Shown: positions 41,033 through 49,975 of the stretch, piece after piece
How the letters are laid out: every line of letters begins with the position of its first letter
How positions within the stretch are numbered: the first letter of the stretch is position 1
Origin: a virus
Taxonomy: Duplodnaviria > Caudoviricetes
IMG/VR virus record: IMGVR_UViG_3300010338_000575
Reading direction: 5' to 3' (one strand)
DNA: 64,000 bases
Program-made: the position numbers and the translations under genes
The notes under the pieces: model-generated
Told to the model about the DNA's origin: nothing
Databases searched by the model: none
Seen by the model: only the letters and a program-made list of their open reading frames with translations

Positions 41033-41701
41033 ATGAAAGCATTGGATAAAAATCTTTCGAATGGTGTTCAAAAGATTAAATATCTTATTGAATATAATAT
41101 AAACGAAACACCAAGATATCGTCCACTTATTAATGATGGTGATGTTTTTGATACAATTCCAGAAATAACTAATGAAGCGAATGATAGTGTGGCGACTAAT
41201 AATAGTGGTAATACGGCAAATAATGTTGGCGTACCAACACCCGCACCTAAACCATCATTTGATAATAATGTGGTAAATTCTGATGATAATGCTGCGCCAA
41301 ATGTGGACGATACTAATTCAAGCAATATGCATGTTGATGAAATTCAGAATGAGATAATAAAACATAATATAGAGGCGATGAAAAATATTCATAGTCAGTT
41401 AGAAAATTTAACGAAATTAGTAACTGATTTGAATACGAGGGTTGAAAAATTAAGTTCAGATGTTGATGAAGTTCGTGAACCTAGCAATGTCGAAAAATTA
41501 ATGAGTAAAAAAGTGGTTTCATATCCATATTATTTTAATTTGAATGATTATTGGAGTGATAATTGGTTTAAAAATAAGTATTCAAATAACGACAGTATTA
41601 AAAGACTGCCCGATGGTACTTATGTTGCAAATTTTGATGACTTACCATCAAAATCAAGTATTGATATAAATAAAAGTTTTGATAATATACAGGAATTTTA
41701 A
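41033..41701 (+). CDS. hypothetical protein, possibly head-associated
   Basis: 222 aa with low-complexity linker and coiled coil. Confidence 0.55.
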   Translation: MKALDKNLSNGVQKIKYLIEYNINETPRYRPLINDGDVFDTIPEITNEANDSVATNNSGNTANNVGVPTPAPKPSFDNNVVNSDDNAAPNVDDTNSSNMHVDEIQNEIIKHNIEAMKNIHSQLENLTKLVTDLNTRVEKLSSDVDEVREPSNVEKLMSKKVVSYPYYFNLNDYWSDNWFKNKYSNNDSIKRLPDGTYVANFDDLPSKSSIDINKSFDNIQEF

Positions 41702-41717
41702 ATAAGTTTTTTTCATT

Positions 41718-42164
41718 ATGAGAAGCATATATCCATATGGTACTAAAGAAAGACTTTTTGATTTAATGAAAAAAGTTAATAAGTTAGATGAATCGTATTT
41801 ACCTCATAATGAAAGATTAAATGTAATAAAGGATTTTATAAAATTTGTTGATGTTTTTTTAAATCTTAACAATAATTTACCTAAAATAACATTATCTAAT
41901 AAATCTAGTGATGCAGTTAATTTGCGCTCATTTGGTGGATATATTCCATCAAAAAAAGAAATTTATATTGTAATTGCAAATAGAAATCTTGCAGATATTC
42001 TTAGAACATTGGCACATGAATTAGTGCATTGGAAACAAGATTTAGAAGGAAGATTGAACGAAAATTCAGGACAGACTGGTAGTGATGAAGAAAATGAAGC
42101 GAATTCAATTGCAGGTATTGTTTTAAGAAATTATGGAAAAAAAAATCCAATTATATATGAATAA
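41718..42164 (+). CDS. HExxH zinc metallopeptidase-like protein
   Basis: 'RTLAHELVHWKQ' plus downstream 'ENEAN'. Confidence 0.7.
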   Translation: MRSIYPYGTKERLFDLMKKVNKLDESYLPHNERLNVIKDFIKFVDVFLNLNNNLPKITLSNKSSDAVNLRSFGGYIPSKKEIYIVIANRNLADILRTLAHELVHWKQDLEGRLNENSGQTGSDEENEANSIAGIVLRNYGKKNPIIYE

Positions 42165-42189
42165 TATAATGATTTAAAATAAAATTATT

Positions 42190-44169
42190 ATGAAAATTAA
42201 TTATGAATACGGTAGTAAAGATAGGCTTTTTGAAATGTTTCAAAAGGTAAATAAAATTAAATTAACTGAAGATAATATTAAAACAAATATATTAGATAGT
42301 GCGTTTAATGATTTAATTAATAATAAATTAAATATAAAACAAACCATCAATCAAATTAATGGTGATGAAAATTTAATCACCATTGTTTGTACTGATAATA
42401 AAGGTAATGATATTGTTTTTAAATTCAGATTAATTGGTTTGGAAATGGGACAAGATGATGTCTATACTGTTGATAAAGCCGAATTAATTGAATTTAATTT
42501 TAAATCAGAAACATATGAATTAAATATTCCTGAAGGGAATTTAATATTAAATGAATTTAATGGTAAATATGGCAACAATATTGTGAATATTGTTGCAGAT
42601 TATGTTGATTTTGAAAAAAATATTGTTGATACTTTAGATGAGACCATTAAAGAATTGGAACAAACATCAAATGTGGTTGATGATTATTTGAATGATGATG
42701 ATATTGATGATAATGATGATTTTGTTGATGATGAATATACCAATGATGAACTTAATAAGAAGGATGATGATATGTTTGAACTACCACAAGAATATAATTT
42801 AGATGATATTGAATTGGATGATGAGGACAATGAGGATAACATTACAATCGATAATTTTGAAGATTATATTAATAATCAAGATTTTGATAATAAATCAGAT
42901 GAATCAAATTTAACTTTATTAGCATATAACAATTTAATTGCTAAAAATAAAACATCAAAAAATCCGAATTATTCTCCAACCAAATTCGAAATTGATAAAG
43001 AAATTGAAAGAATTAAATCTGTTAATATTAAAAAAGAGCCTAATGATAAAAAAGTGAAGGGTAAGTTTGGCAATATGATGGCTAAGGGTAAAAAAAGAGT
43101 TTATCCATCATGGGCTGATATGTTTTTACCTGAAAATATTGATAAATTTAATATTTCGTTAGATAAAACACTTGTTAATGGTTTTAATGAACTCCCATTA
43201 AATCAAAGGTATGAAATATTTAATAATGCAAAAAAAATGTTAGATGATGAGTTAGGTGATAAAAAATATAAAATTTCAAATATCGAATATTTGGATTTGT
43301 TAGGGCGTAAAGTTGTTGATTTATATAAAAATATGTTGGAATTAATGAATGAGGTAGAAAAAAGTGGTGTGAATGATTTACCAACATCAACAATATACAA
43401 TACATTTCATAATTTAAGTGATGAGAGTAAAAAAATTGTCGTGGATCGGGCAAAGAAAAAATTAAAAATTAAATATGGTGATAGAATTCATTTTTTACCT
43501 AAAGATCGATATTTGAATGAATTAAGTCGTGAAATTGTAATAATAGTTAGAAATGGATTGGAGTTAATGAATGAAAATGAAAATGATATTGAACAAATTA
43601 TTAACAATAAAAAAAAAGTCGGTGAAATTTTGATTGGTGGTAAGGGTGATTATAAACAACCAACAGAATTTAATCGTGAACAAATAATAAAAGGGTTAAA
43701 AGTTGAAAAAGAACATACAAACGACCCAATGGTAGCGATTGAAATTGTTATGGATCATTTAACCGAAGACCCTGAATATTACACAAGAAAAGAAACACCT
43801 GAACAAAGTGCACAATATGGTGCTGCGATGGATGTTGATGATGATTCCGATGATGAATTGACAAAAATTATTTTGGGTTATAAACCACACAATGTTGGCG
43901 AATCTGTTGATGTTGATGTAGATACTATGTATAGAACAATTGATAGTGTTATAAATTCGATTAGAAACAAGGTTGAAAAAAACGGATACACTGTTGATGA
44001 GCGTGATTTATGGAAAGAATTTAAAAATAATGTAATTAATGTTGGTGATAGTAAATTAAGTATAATCCCATTATATAAAAATAATCAAGTAAGTAAAATT
44101 AAATTAATGGTATTAGTTAAGAGATTGGATAGTGGTATTTATGAGTTAAAAACAAAGTTTTTTATTTAG
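42190..44169 (+). CDS. large acidic protein with a DUF5661-like domain and an internal repeat
   Basis: 'GLKVEKEHT.D...A.EI.MDHL.EDPEYY'; two ~60-aa repeats each ending 'LELMNE'. Confidence 0.6.
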   Translation: MKINYEYGSKDRLFEMFQKVNKIKLTEDNIKTNILDSAFNDLINNKLNIKQTINQINGDENLITIVCTDNKGNDIVFKFRLIGLEMGQDDVYTVDKAELIEFNFKSETYELNIPEGNLILNEFNGKYGNNIVNIVADYVDFEKNIVDTLDETIKELEQTSNVVDDYLNDDDIDDNDDFVDDEYTNDELNKKDDDMFELPQEYNLDDIELDDEDNEDNITIDNFEDYINNQDFDNKSDESNLTLLAYNNLIAKNKTSKNPNYSPTKFEIDKEIERIKSVNIKKEPNDKKVKGKFGNMMAKGKKRVYPSWADMFLPENIDKFNISLDKTLVNGFNELPLNQRYEIFNNAKKMLDDELGDKKYKISNIEYLDLLGRKVVDLYKNMLELMNEVEKSGVNDLPTSTIYNTFHNLSDESKKIVVDRAKKKLKIKYGDRIHFLPKDRYLNELSREIVIIVRNGLELMNENENDIEQIINNKKKVGEILIGGKGDYKQPTEFNREQIIKGLKVEKEHTNDPMVAIEIVMDHLTEDPEYYTRKETPEQSAQYGAAMDVDDDSDDELTKIILGYKPHNVGESVDVDVDTMYRTIDSVINSIRNKVEKNGYTVDERDLWKEFKNNVINVGDSKLSIIPLYKNNQVSKIKLMVLVKRLDSGIYELKTKFFI

Positions 44170-44245
44170 ATTTAAATTTTTTAATTATGGTAAAGAAATT
44201 CATGCTGATTATAATGCTGCTTTAAATATTGCAAAATCAAAATAA
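44168..44245 (+). pseudogene. C-terminal remnant of a Cas12f/TnpB-family gene (RuvC-III)
   Basis: Frame reads RFKFFNYGKEIHADYNAALNIAKSK*; (H/N)ADxNAAxNI is the TnpB/Cas12f RuvC-III signature. No start codon; in-frame stop at 44147-44149. Confidence 0.8.
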
Positions 44246-44257
44246 TTTTTAAAAAAG

Positions 44258-44288
44258 TTGTTTATTTTTAATATTATTATTATATTTG
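44258..44288 (+). promoter_or_regulatory. Bacteroidota sigmaA-type promoter for the tracrRNA/array
   Basis: TTG at 44258-44260 and TATATTTG at 44281-44288. Confidence 0.65.
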
Positions 44289-44294
44289 TTGTGT

Positions 44295-44491
44295 TAAATG
44301 TTCTTATTTGAATTTAAGGTTCTTTGATATTTTGAATGGTATCCCGATTTGATATTTTATTGGGATGTGAGGGTGGTTGTGCACTCCTAAAGTGAGGTCT
44401 GCTATAATATAATTGTAATAAAAAAATCACTTAATAGCATTAGTACACTCACTAAATATCGTTCTTTTTTTGATTTAAATCTAAATGCAAC
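44295..44491 (+). ncRNA. Cas12f-type tracrRNA / omegaRNA-like scaffold
   Basis: Hairpin 44370-44388 exposes loop GTTGTG, complementary to repeat 3' end CACAAC. ATATCGTTC (44456-44464) pairs with repeat nt 21-29. Further stems: 44341-47/44360-66, 44391-96/44448-53, 44400-05/44434-39. Ends are approximate. Confidence 0.75.
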
Positions 44492-44523
44492 AATCACTAT
44501 TACAATACTTTATATTGTGGTAT

Positions 44524-44757
44524 GGTGTATCTGATATGCATTTGAACGGTATACACAACGGTTTTACTAAGGTTGAGAAAATCTTCATAGGTGTATCTGA
44601 TATGCATTTGAACGGTATACACAACTGTGGCATTGTATTTATCATAGTTAACTTGGGTGTATCTGATATGCATTTGAACGGTATACACAACCTGAACTTG
44701 TTGGATTGTATTCCAAATGTCGGTGTATCTGATATGCATTTGAACGGTATACACAAC
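44524..44757 (+). CRISPR. mini CRISPR array: 4 identical 36-bp repeats, 3 spacers of 30 bp
   Basis: Repeat GGTGTATCTGATATGCATTTGAACGGTATACACAAC at 44524, 44590, 44656 and 44722; unique spacers at 44560-89, 44626-55 and 44692-721. Confidence 0.97.
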
Positions 44758-44765
44758 ACTAATTA

Positions 44766-44800
44766 AATAAAAAGGACTACTAAATGTAGTCTTTTTTATT
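44766..44800 (+). terminator. intrinsic terminator closing the CRISPR transcript
   Basis: AATAAAAAGGACTAC-TAAAT-GTAGTCTTTTTTATT. Confidence 0.8.
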
Positions 44801-44830
44801 TGTCGGGTATTTATTATAAAAAGAATTAAA

Positions 44831-46240
44831 ATGTCAATATACAGGTCATATTTTTTAAAAAATAATACATTAATTAGTAATAATGTAACAAACAATTCAC
44901 AAAATCCTGTGACTGAAATATCATACGGTGGTTTTGGTGAGATTATTACAAGATTTATATTTGATATTGATTTTTCTAATTTACAAAATAGAATTCAAAA
45001 AGGTATTATCAATCCTCAAAGAATAAAAAAACACATATTACACATGACTAATACGATTAGTTATGCAAAGGAATATGTTGGTAAAAAATCATATTCACAA
45101 TCAATAGATAGAGCAAGTAATTTTAGTTTAGAAATTTTTAATATCAAACAAAATTGGGATGAGGGTACTGGTTATGATTTTATCTATACAACCGATTTAT
45201 CTAATAATGTGAAGCCACAGGCATCAAATTGGTATTCAGCAACAACATTATCACAATGGGAAAATTATGGTGCTTATATTAGTGGTGTTAGTGAAATTAT
45301 TGGTGTTCAAAGATTTGAAAAGGGTAATGAGGATATTCATATTGATATTACTGATTATGTTAATCAAAGACTATTTGGTACTGGTTTAACTGAAAATGTT
45401 GTTTATAGTGGAATTTCATATGGGTTGGGTATTAAATACACAAATGATTTCGAAAATTTAAAAACATATAATATACAAGCAGTTGCGTTTCATGCGAAAA
45501 ATACCAATACTTGGTTTGAACCGTATGTTGAAACAATAATTGATGATGAAATTTCTGATGATAGAAATTATTTTTATTTAGATAAGGAAAATGATTTGTA
45601 TCTATATATTAATGTTGGTGGATTTCCACAAGATATTGTTGTGAATTCAGTTAATATTTACGATAATGAAGATAAACTAATTATGACATTTACTGGTGAT
45701 TCAGTAATAAATGTATCAAAAGGTGTTTATAAGGTGTCATTTTTTGTTAATTCTAATGATTATCCAGATGGTATTATATTTAATGATGTGTGGGATTTAA
45801 CAATTAATGGGAAAAATAGTAAATATTTTGGTAATTTTTATTTAATTGATAATTCACAATACATTAATATTAATCGTGATAATAGTTTAGTATTATCTAA
45901 TTATCATTTTAATTTTTGGGGTATTGGTGAAAAAGAAAAAATAAGAGCAGGTAATATTAGAAAAATAAAAATAAATATTAAAGAATTTTATCCAAATCAA
46001 AATAAATTCATACCTTTAGATATTGAATATAGGTTATATACTACTATTGGTGATAAATGGGAAATTGATATAATTCCATTTACAAAGGTTAATAGAACAA
46101 ATAGTGGTTATGAATTTGATTTAGATACATCATGGTTAATACCACAGGATTATTATCTTCAATTAAGGCTAAGAGATGGATATTATTACGAGGATAAAAA
46201 ACCAATATCGTTTACCATAGTTTCAGATAATATCTTATGA
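44831..46240 (+). CDS. putative virion structural protein
   Basis: 469 aa, beta-rich, 'WDEGTGYD'; late motif at 44807-44814. Confidence 0.55.
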   Translation: MSIYRSYFLKNNTLISNNVTNNSQNPVTEISYGGFGEIITRFIFDIDFSNLQNRIQKGIINPQRIKKHILHMTNTISYAKEYVGKKSYSQSIDRASNFSLEIFNIKQNWDEGTGYDFIYTTDLSNNVKPQASNWYSATTLSQWENYGAYISGVSEIIGVQRFEKGNEDIHIDITDYVNQRLFGTGLTENVVYSGISYGLGIKYTNDFENLKTYNIQAVAFHAKNTNTWFEPYVETIIDDEISDDRNYFYLDKENDLYLYINVGGFPQDIVVNSVNIYDNEDKLIMTFTGDSVINVSKGVYKVSFFVNSNDYPDGIIFNDVWDLTINGKNSKYFGNFYLIDNSQYININRDNSLVLSNYHFNFWGIGEKEKIRAGNIRKIKINIKEFYPNQNKFIPLDIEYRLYTTIGDKWEIDIIPFTKVNRTNSGYEFDLDTSWLIPQDYYLQLRLRDGYYYEDKKPISFTIVSDNIL

Positions 46241-46277
46241 TATTCTATAAAATGTTGCAAATTTTAAAATTTTGATT

Positions 46278-46285
46278 TATATTTG
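46278..46285 (+). promoter_or_regulatory. Bacteroidota sigmaA-type promoter for the replication operon
   Basis: TATATTTG with upstream TTG; another copy at 49934-49941. Confidence 0.55.
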
Positions 46286-46382
46286 TGCTGTTGATTATTT
46301 ATTAATTGACGATTGTTATTGTATTTTTTTAAGTGGTTTTTTTATTACCGTAAAATAAATTAATTATTAACTGTAAATTTTA

Positions 46383-47642
46383 ATGACTATGAATGATGAA
46401 AATGTATTGATGAACACACAAGGTGATGATTTATCAGAACTGAAAAAATTGTTTGCTAATTATCAACAAAAGCAAAAAGAAGGTACTGCAAAAAGAGGTA
46501 AATCTCGTGAAGAAATTTTGGCAAAGTATTTTGTGCCAAGAAAAACAAAAGAAGTTTTTAGAATTTTACCACCAAAACCGGGAAGAAAACACATTGAAGA
46601 GGCTTTTTTTCATGTAGTTACTGTGAATGCTGCTGGTGGTAAAAAGAAACATGGTACAGTTCTTTATTGTCCAGCACACAATGATCCTAAAGTTGTGAAA
46701 TTAGATGCTAATGGCAATCCAGTTTTAGGTAGTGATGGTAAACCACTATTAGTGCACGCACCCTGTCCATTATGTGAAAAACATAAAACACTTATAGCAA
46801 AACAAGATCCTTCAATTAAGGGTATTAAAAAAGAAAATATGACACCTGAGCAGTTGAAGATTAAGCAAAAAAATGATGAAATTTATAAGGAAGCGATTAA
46901 ATGGGAAGCGAAAAAATTTTATATAATTCGTGGTATTGATAAGGGTGCTGAAAAAGATGGTGTAAAGTTTTGGCGATTTAAACACAATTATAAAAATCAA
47001 GGCACGTTAGATAAACTACTACCAGTACTTGAAGAATATATGATTGTGAATAAAGCGGATTTTTCTGATCCAGTAAATGGTACTGATTTATCTATAACAA
47101 TGACTGAAAGTGAATTTAATGGTCATATATATAAAGCAGTATCGGCGATAACATATCGTGGAAAATCTTTATTAAGTCAAGACCCTATTGTTGCAAAACA
47201 ATGGCTTGATGATAATATTACATGGCGGGATGTGTTTAAACCTAAAACAGCCCCCGGTATGACACCTTATGAATTTTTACAATCTGTTGCAAATGGTACT
47301 AATCCGTATTGGGATGATACTGATGCGAATAATAAACATTGGGTATTTCCGGGTCGCCCTGATTTGGAAGAAGCAGCAAATACACGTAGGGCAATTTTTG
47401 ATGATTATGACGATGATTTTGAATATGCTTCTGATATTTATGATAATGAATCGGTAAGTATTAGTAATATCACACAATCAAAAGTTGGTAAGTTTAATGA
47501 CGATGCAACTGATTTGGGTAATGAAATTTTATCTGAAAATAAAATTGTTTCAAATACCCAATCAAGTGTAAAATCTGATGATATTGAAGATGTTGTTAAT
47601 GATGAATCTGAATTTGATGATTACGATGATTTACCATTTTAA
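46383..47642 (+). CDS. single-stranded DNA-binding protein (gp32-like)
   Basis: 'FRILPP', Zn ligands H/C..CPLC, 'DP.NGTDL.I', acidic tail ending 'DDLPF'. Confidence 0.8.
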   Translation: MTMNDENVLMNTQGDDLSELKKLFANYQQKQKEGTAKRGKSREEILAKYFVPRKTKEVFRILPPKPGRKHIEEAFFHVVTVNAAGGKKKHGTVLYCPAHNDPKVVKLDANGNPVLGSDGKPLLVHAPCPLCEKHKTLIAKQDPSIKGIKKENMTPEQLKIKQKNDEIYKEAIKWEAKKFYIIRGIDKGAEKDGVKFWRFKHNYKNQGTLDKLLPVLEEYMIVNKADFSDPVNGTDLSITMTESEFNGHIYKAVSAITYRGKSLLSQDPIVAKQWLDDNITWRDVFKPKTAPGMTPYEFLQSVANGTNPYWDDTDANNKHWVFPGRPDLEEAANTRRAIFDDYDDDFEYASDIYDNESVSISNITQSKVGKFNDDATDLGNEILSENKIVSNTQSSVKSDDIEDVVNDESEFDDYDDLPF

Positions 47643-47660
47643 TTGAATTTATATTTAACG

Positions 47661-47691
47661 GATAGTGGGTGGTATCATACCACTCACTATT
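47661..47691 (+). terminator. hairpin after the SSB gene
   Basis: ATAGTGGGTGGTAT-C-ATACCACTCACTAT. Confidence 0.55.
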
Positions 47692-47723
47692 TAAATCTCT
47701 AACAAAATTAATTGTTGAATATT

Positions 47724-48851
47724 ATGGCAAAAAAAATCAATGAAGATGTTCCAATGAATGATGTGCGTAAACCTACGCCGAAGAAAAACTTTTCGTTGGA
47801 TAATTTTAAAAAGAAAGCGGGTATTGAAGATATTTCTGACAAGCCATTAGAATGGATTGAATTTTCTAAGGGTTTTAAAAAAGCAACAGGATTACCCGGT
47901 GTTCCAAAGGGTTATGTAACGTTATTTAGAGGTCATACCAATACAGGTAAATCAACTGCAATATGTGAATCATTGGTTGCTGCACAAAGAAAGGGGATTT
48001 TACCTATATTAATTGATACTGAAAATAATATGGGTAGGGGTAATTATAGGTTAAAAGAACTTGGGTTTGATTTTGATAATTATATTAGAATTGATAATGA
48101 TTATTTATTGAACGAATTTGGTAAAAAGCAGAATAAAGATAGAACTGAAGCATCGATTGAAGATTTGGCAAAATGTTTCTATTATTTTCTTGACATGCAA
48201 GATGCTGGTGAATTACCATATGATTTATTATTTGCAATCGATTCAATCGGTACTTTAAATTGTGTTAAAACAATTGAGGCTGCCGAAAAGGATGATACGC
48301 AGAATAATATGTGGAATGCTGGTGCATATGAAAAGGCGTTTATGTATTTGTTAAATAATACAATACCTAGTTCAAGAAAAGAGAATAGAAAGTATACAAA
48401 TACCGTTGTTGCGGTACAAAAGATATGGATTGATAATATGAATAAAGGTGTTGTTAAACACAAGGGTGGTGAAACGTGGTATTTAGGCTCAAGACTGATA
48501 TATCATTTTGGTGGTATTCTTAGTCATTCTACCAAAGCAGCGACTGCTGAGAGTAAAAAACGTGAGGTTAGTTATGGTATTGAAACAAAAATCAGTGTAG
48601 CAAAAAATCATGTTGACGGTCCGCTTGGTGGTATTTCAATGGAAGGTCGCATAATATCAACACCACTTGGCTTTGTTCATCCTGATGATAAAGATGCGTT
48701 TAAGAAAGAACATATTCTTTATTTTCGTAATTTATTTGAAGATAATAGTATTAGTGCTGATGATTTAACACTTAACACTAAAGCGATTGATAGTAATGGT
48801 AAAATTTCATTTGCTGATGGCGTTATTGAAAGAACTGATGTTGATGAATAA
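47724..48851 (+). CDS. RecA/UvsX-like recombinase
   Basis: 'GLPGVPKG', Walker A 'GHTNTGKST', 'IDTEN', 'IDSIG', 'KGG', 'AKNH'. Confidence 0.88.
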   Translation: MAKKINEDVPMNDVRKPTPKKNFSLDNFKKKAGIEDISDKPLEWIEFSKGFKKATGLPGVPKGYVTLFRGHTNTGKSTAICESLVAAQRKGILPILIDTENNMGRGNYRLKELGFDFDNYIRIDNDYLLNEFGKKQNKDRTEASIEDLAKCFYYFLDMQDAGELPYDLLFAIDSIGTLNCVKTIEAAEKDDTQNNMWNAGAYEKAFMYLLNNTIPSSRKENRKYTNTVVAVQKIWIDNMNKGVVKHKGGETWYLGSRLIYHFGGILSHSTKAATAESKKREVSYGIETKISVAKNHVDGPLGGISMEGRIISTPLGFVHPDDKDAFKKEHILYFRNLFEDNSISADDLTLNTKAIDSNGKISFADGVIERTDVDE

Positions 48852-49903
48852 TGAAAATTAGAACTTTATTAGTGGATTCTTCCTATCTTTTGAAGCGTTC
48901 ATTTCATGGCGCAAAGGATACATATTCTGTAAATTTTGGTCATATTGGTGGTTTATATTCCTTTTTAACAACAATTCGTATGTTAATAAAAGAACACATG
49001 ATTAATAAGGTGGTTTTAGTATGGGATGGTGAGGGTGGTGGTATTTATCGTCATAGAATTGATAAGGAATATAAAGCAAATCGTAAAACGAAAGAATGGT
49101 ATAAAAAAATTGAAATGACTGAAGCAGAAATTCGTAGAGAAAAAGAAAAGGAAGAATCCCTATTAAAGCAAAGAAAAAGAATACAAGCGTATGCAGAAGA
49201 GTTGTTTTTAAGACAAATTGAGGTTGATAATATTGAAGCAGATGATATAATTGCTGAATATTGTTTAAGAAATTATGATAAAGAAGAAATTTTTTTATAT
49301 TCTAATGATAGGGATTTTGCACAATTATTAGATTTAAATATAACAATAATTTTTCCAAATATCGAAAAGCCGATAACAAAGTATAATTATTTAATGTATT
49401 TTGACCATCATTATACTAATGCTTTAACAATAAAAATAATTTGTGGTGATACTGCTGATAATATTAAAGGTATTGATGATGTTGGTGAAAAAACATTATT
49501 AAAATATTTTCCCGAATTAAAATATAAACAACTTACAGTTCGTGAAATTTGTACAAAGGCGGATTTAATTAATAAAGAACGTATTATTAATAAAAAAAAG
49601 CCAATAAAATCATTAGAAAATATATTAAAAAATATTGATAGATTAAAAATTAATTATAAATTAGTAAATTTAAAAGAACCGATGTTAAATGAACTGGCGA
49701 TTGATGAATTAAATCAGTTAGAAATGCCACTATCCCCCGAAAATAGGGGTAGTAAAAATTTATTTAAAATGATGCAAGAAGATGGTTTTTTAAGCATATA
49801 TGGTAGTACATTTCCAAATTATGTTGAACCATTTTATACTGTAATTATGAATGAGAAACAACTACTTACAGAGTATTTGAAAAAAAATAAAAGAAATATA
49901 TAA
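48851..49903 (+). CDS. 5'-3' exonuclease / RNase H (T4 rnh, PolI N-terminal-like)
   Basis: 'LLVDSS', 'VWDG', 'YKANR', 'EADDIIA', 'SNDRDFAQL', 'GDTADNIKGI..VGEKT'. Confidence 0.92.
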   Translation: MKIRTLLVDSSYLLKRSFHGAKDTYSVNFGHIGGLYSFLTTIRMLIKEHMINKVVLVWDGEGGGIYRHRIDKEYKANRKTKEWYKKIEMTEAEIRREKEKEESLLKQRKRIQAYAEELFLRQIEVDNIEADDIIAEYCLRNYDKEEIFLYSNDRDFAQLLDLNITIIFPNIEKPITKYNYLMYFDHHYTNALTIKIICGDTADNIKGIDDVGEKTLLKYFPELKYKQLTVREICTKADLINKERIINKKKPIKSLENILKNIDRLKINYKLVNLKEPMLNELAIDELNQLEMPLSPENRGSKNLFKMMQEDGFLSIYGSTFPNYVEPFYTVIMNEKQLLTEYLKKNKRNI

Positions 49904-49975
49904 AATTTTCTTTTATTATTATTAAAACAAATTTATATTTGTAAATAAATTATTAATCAATTAAATTATATACGT

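Noticed and set aside
44324-44342. Repeat-like segment TGATATTTTGAATGGTAT inside the scaffold
   Set aside because: Needs a 3-nt gap, lacks the repeat ends and is out of period with the array; not counted as a repeat
44481-44895. Three overlapping ORFs with repeated peptides (LCIPFKCISDTP, GVSDMHLNGIHN, VVYTVQMHIRYT)
   Set aside because: Artefacts of the 66-bp CRISPR period, which is a multiple of 3
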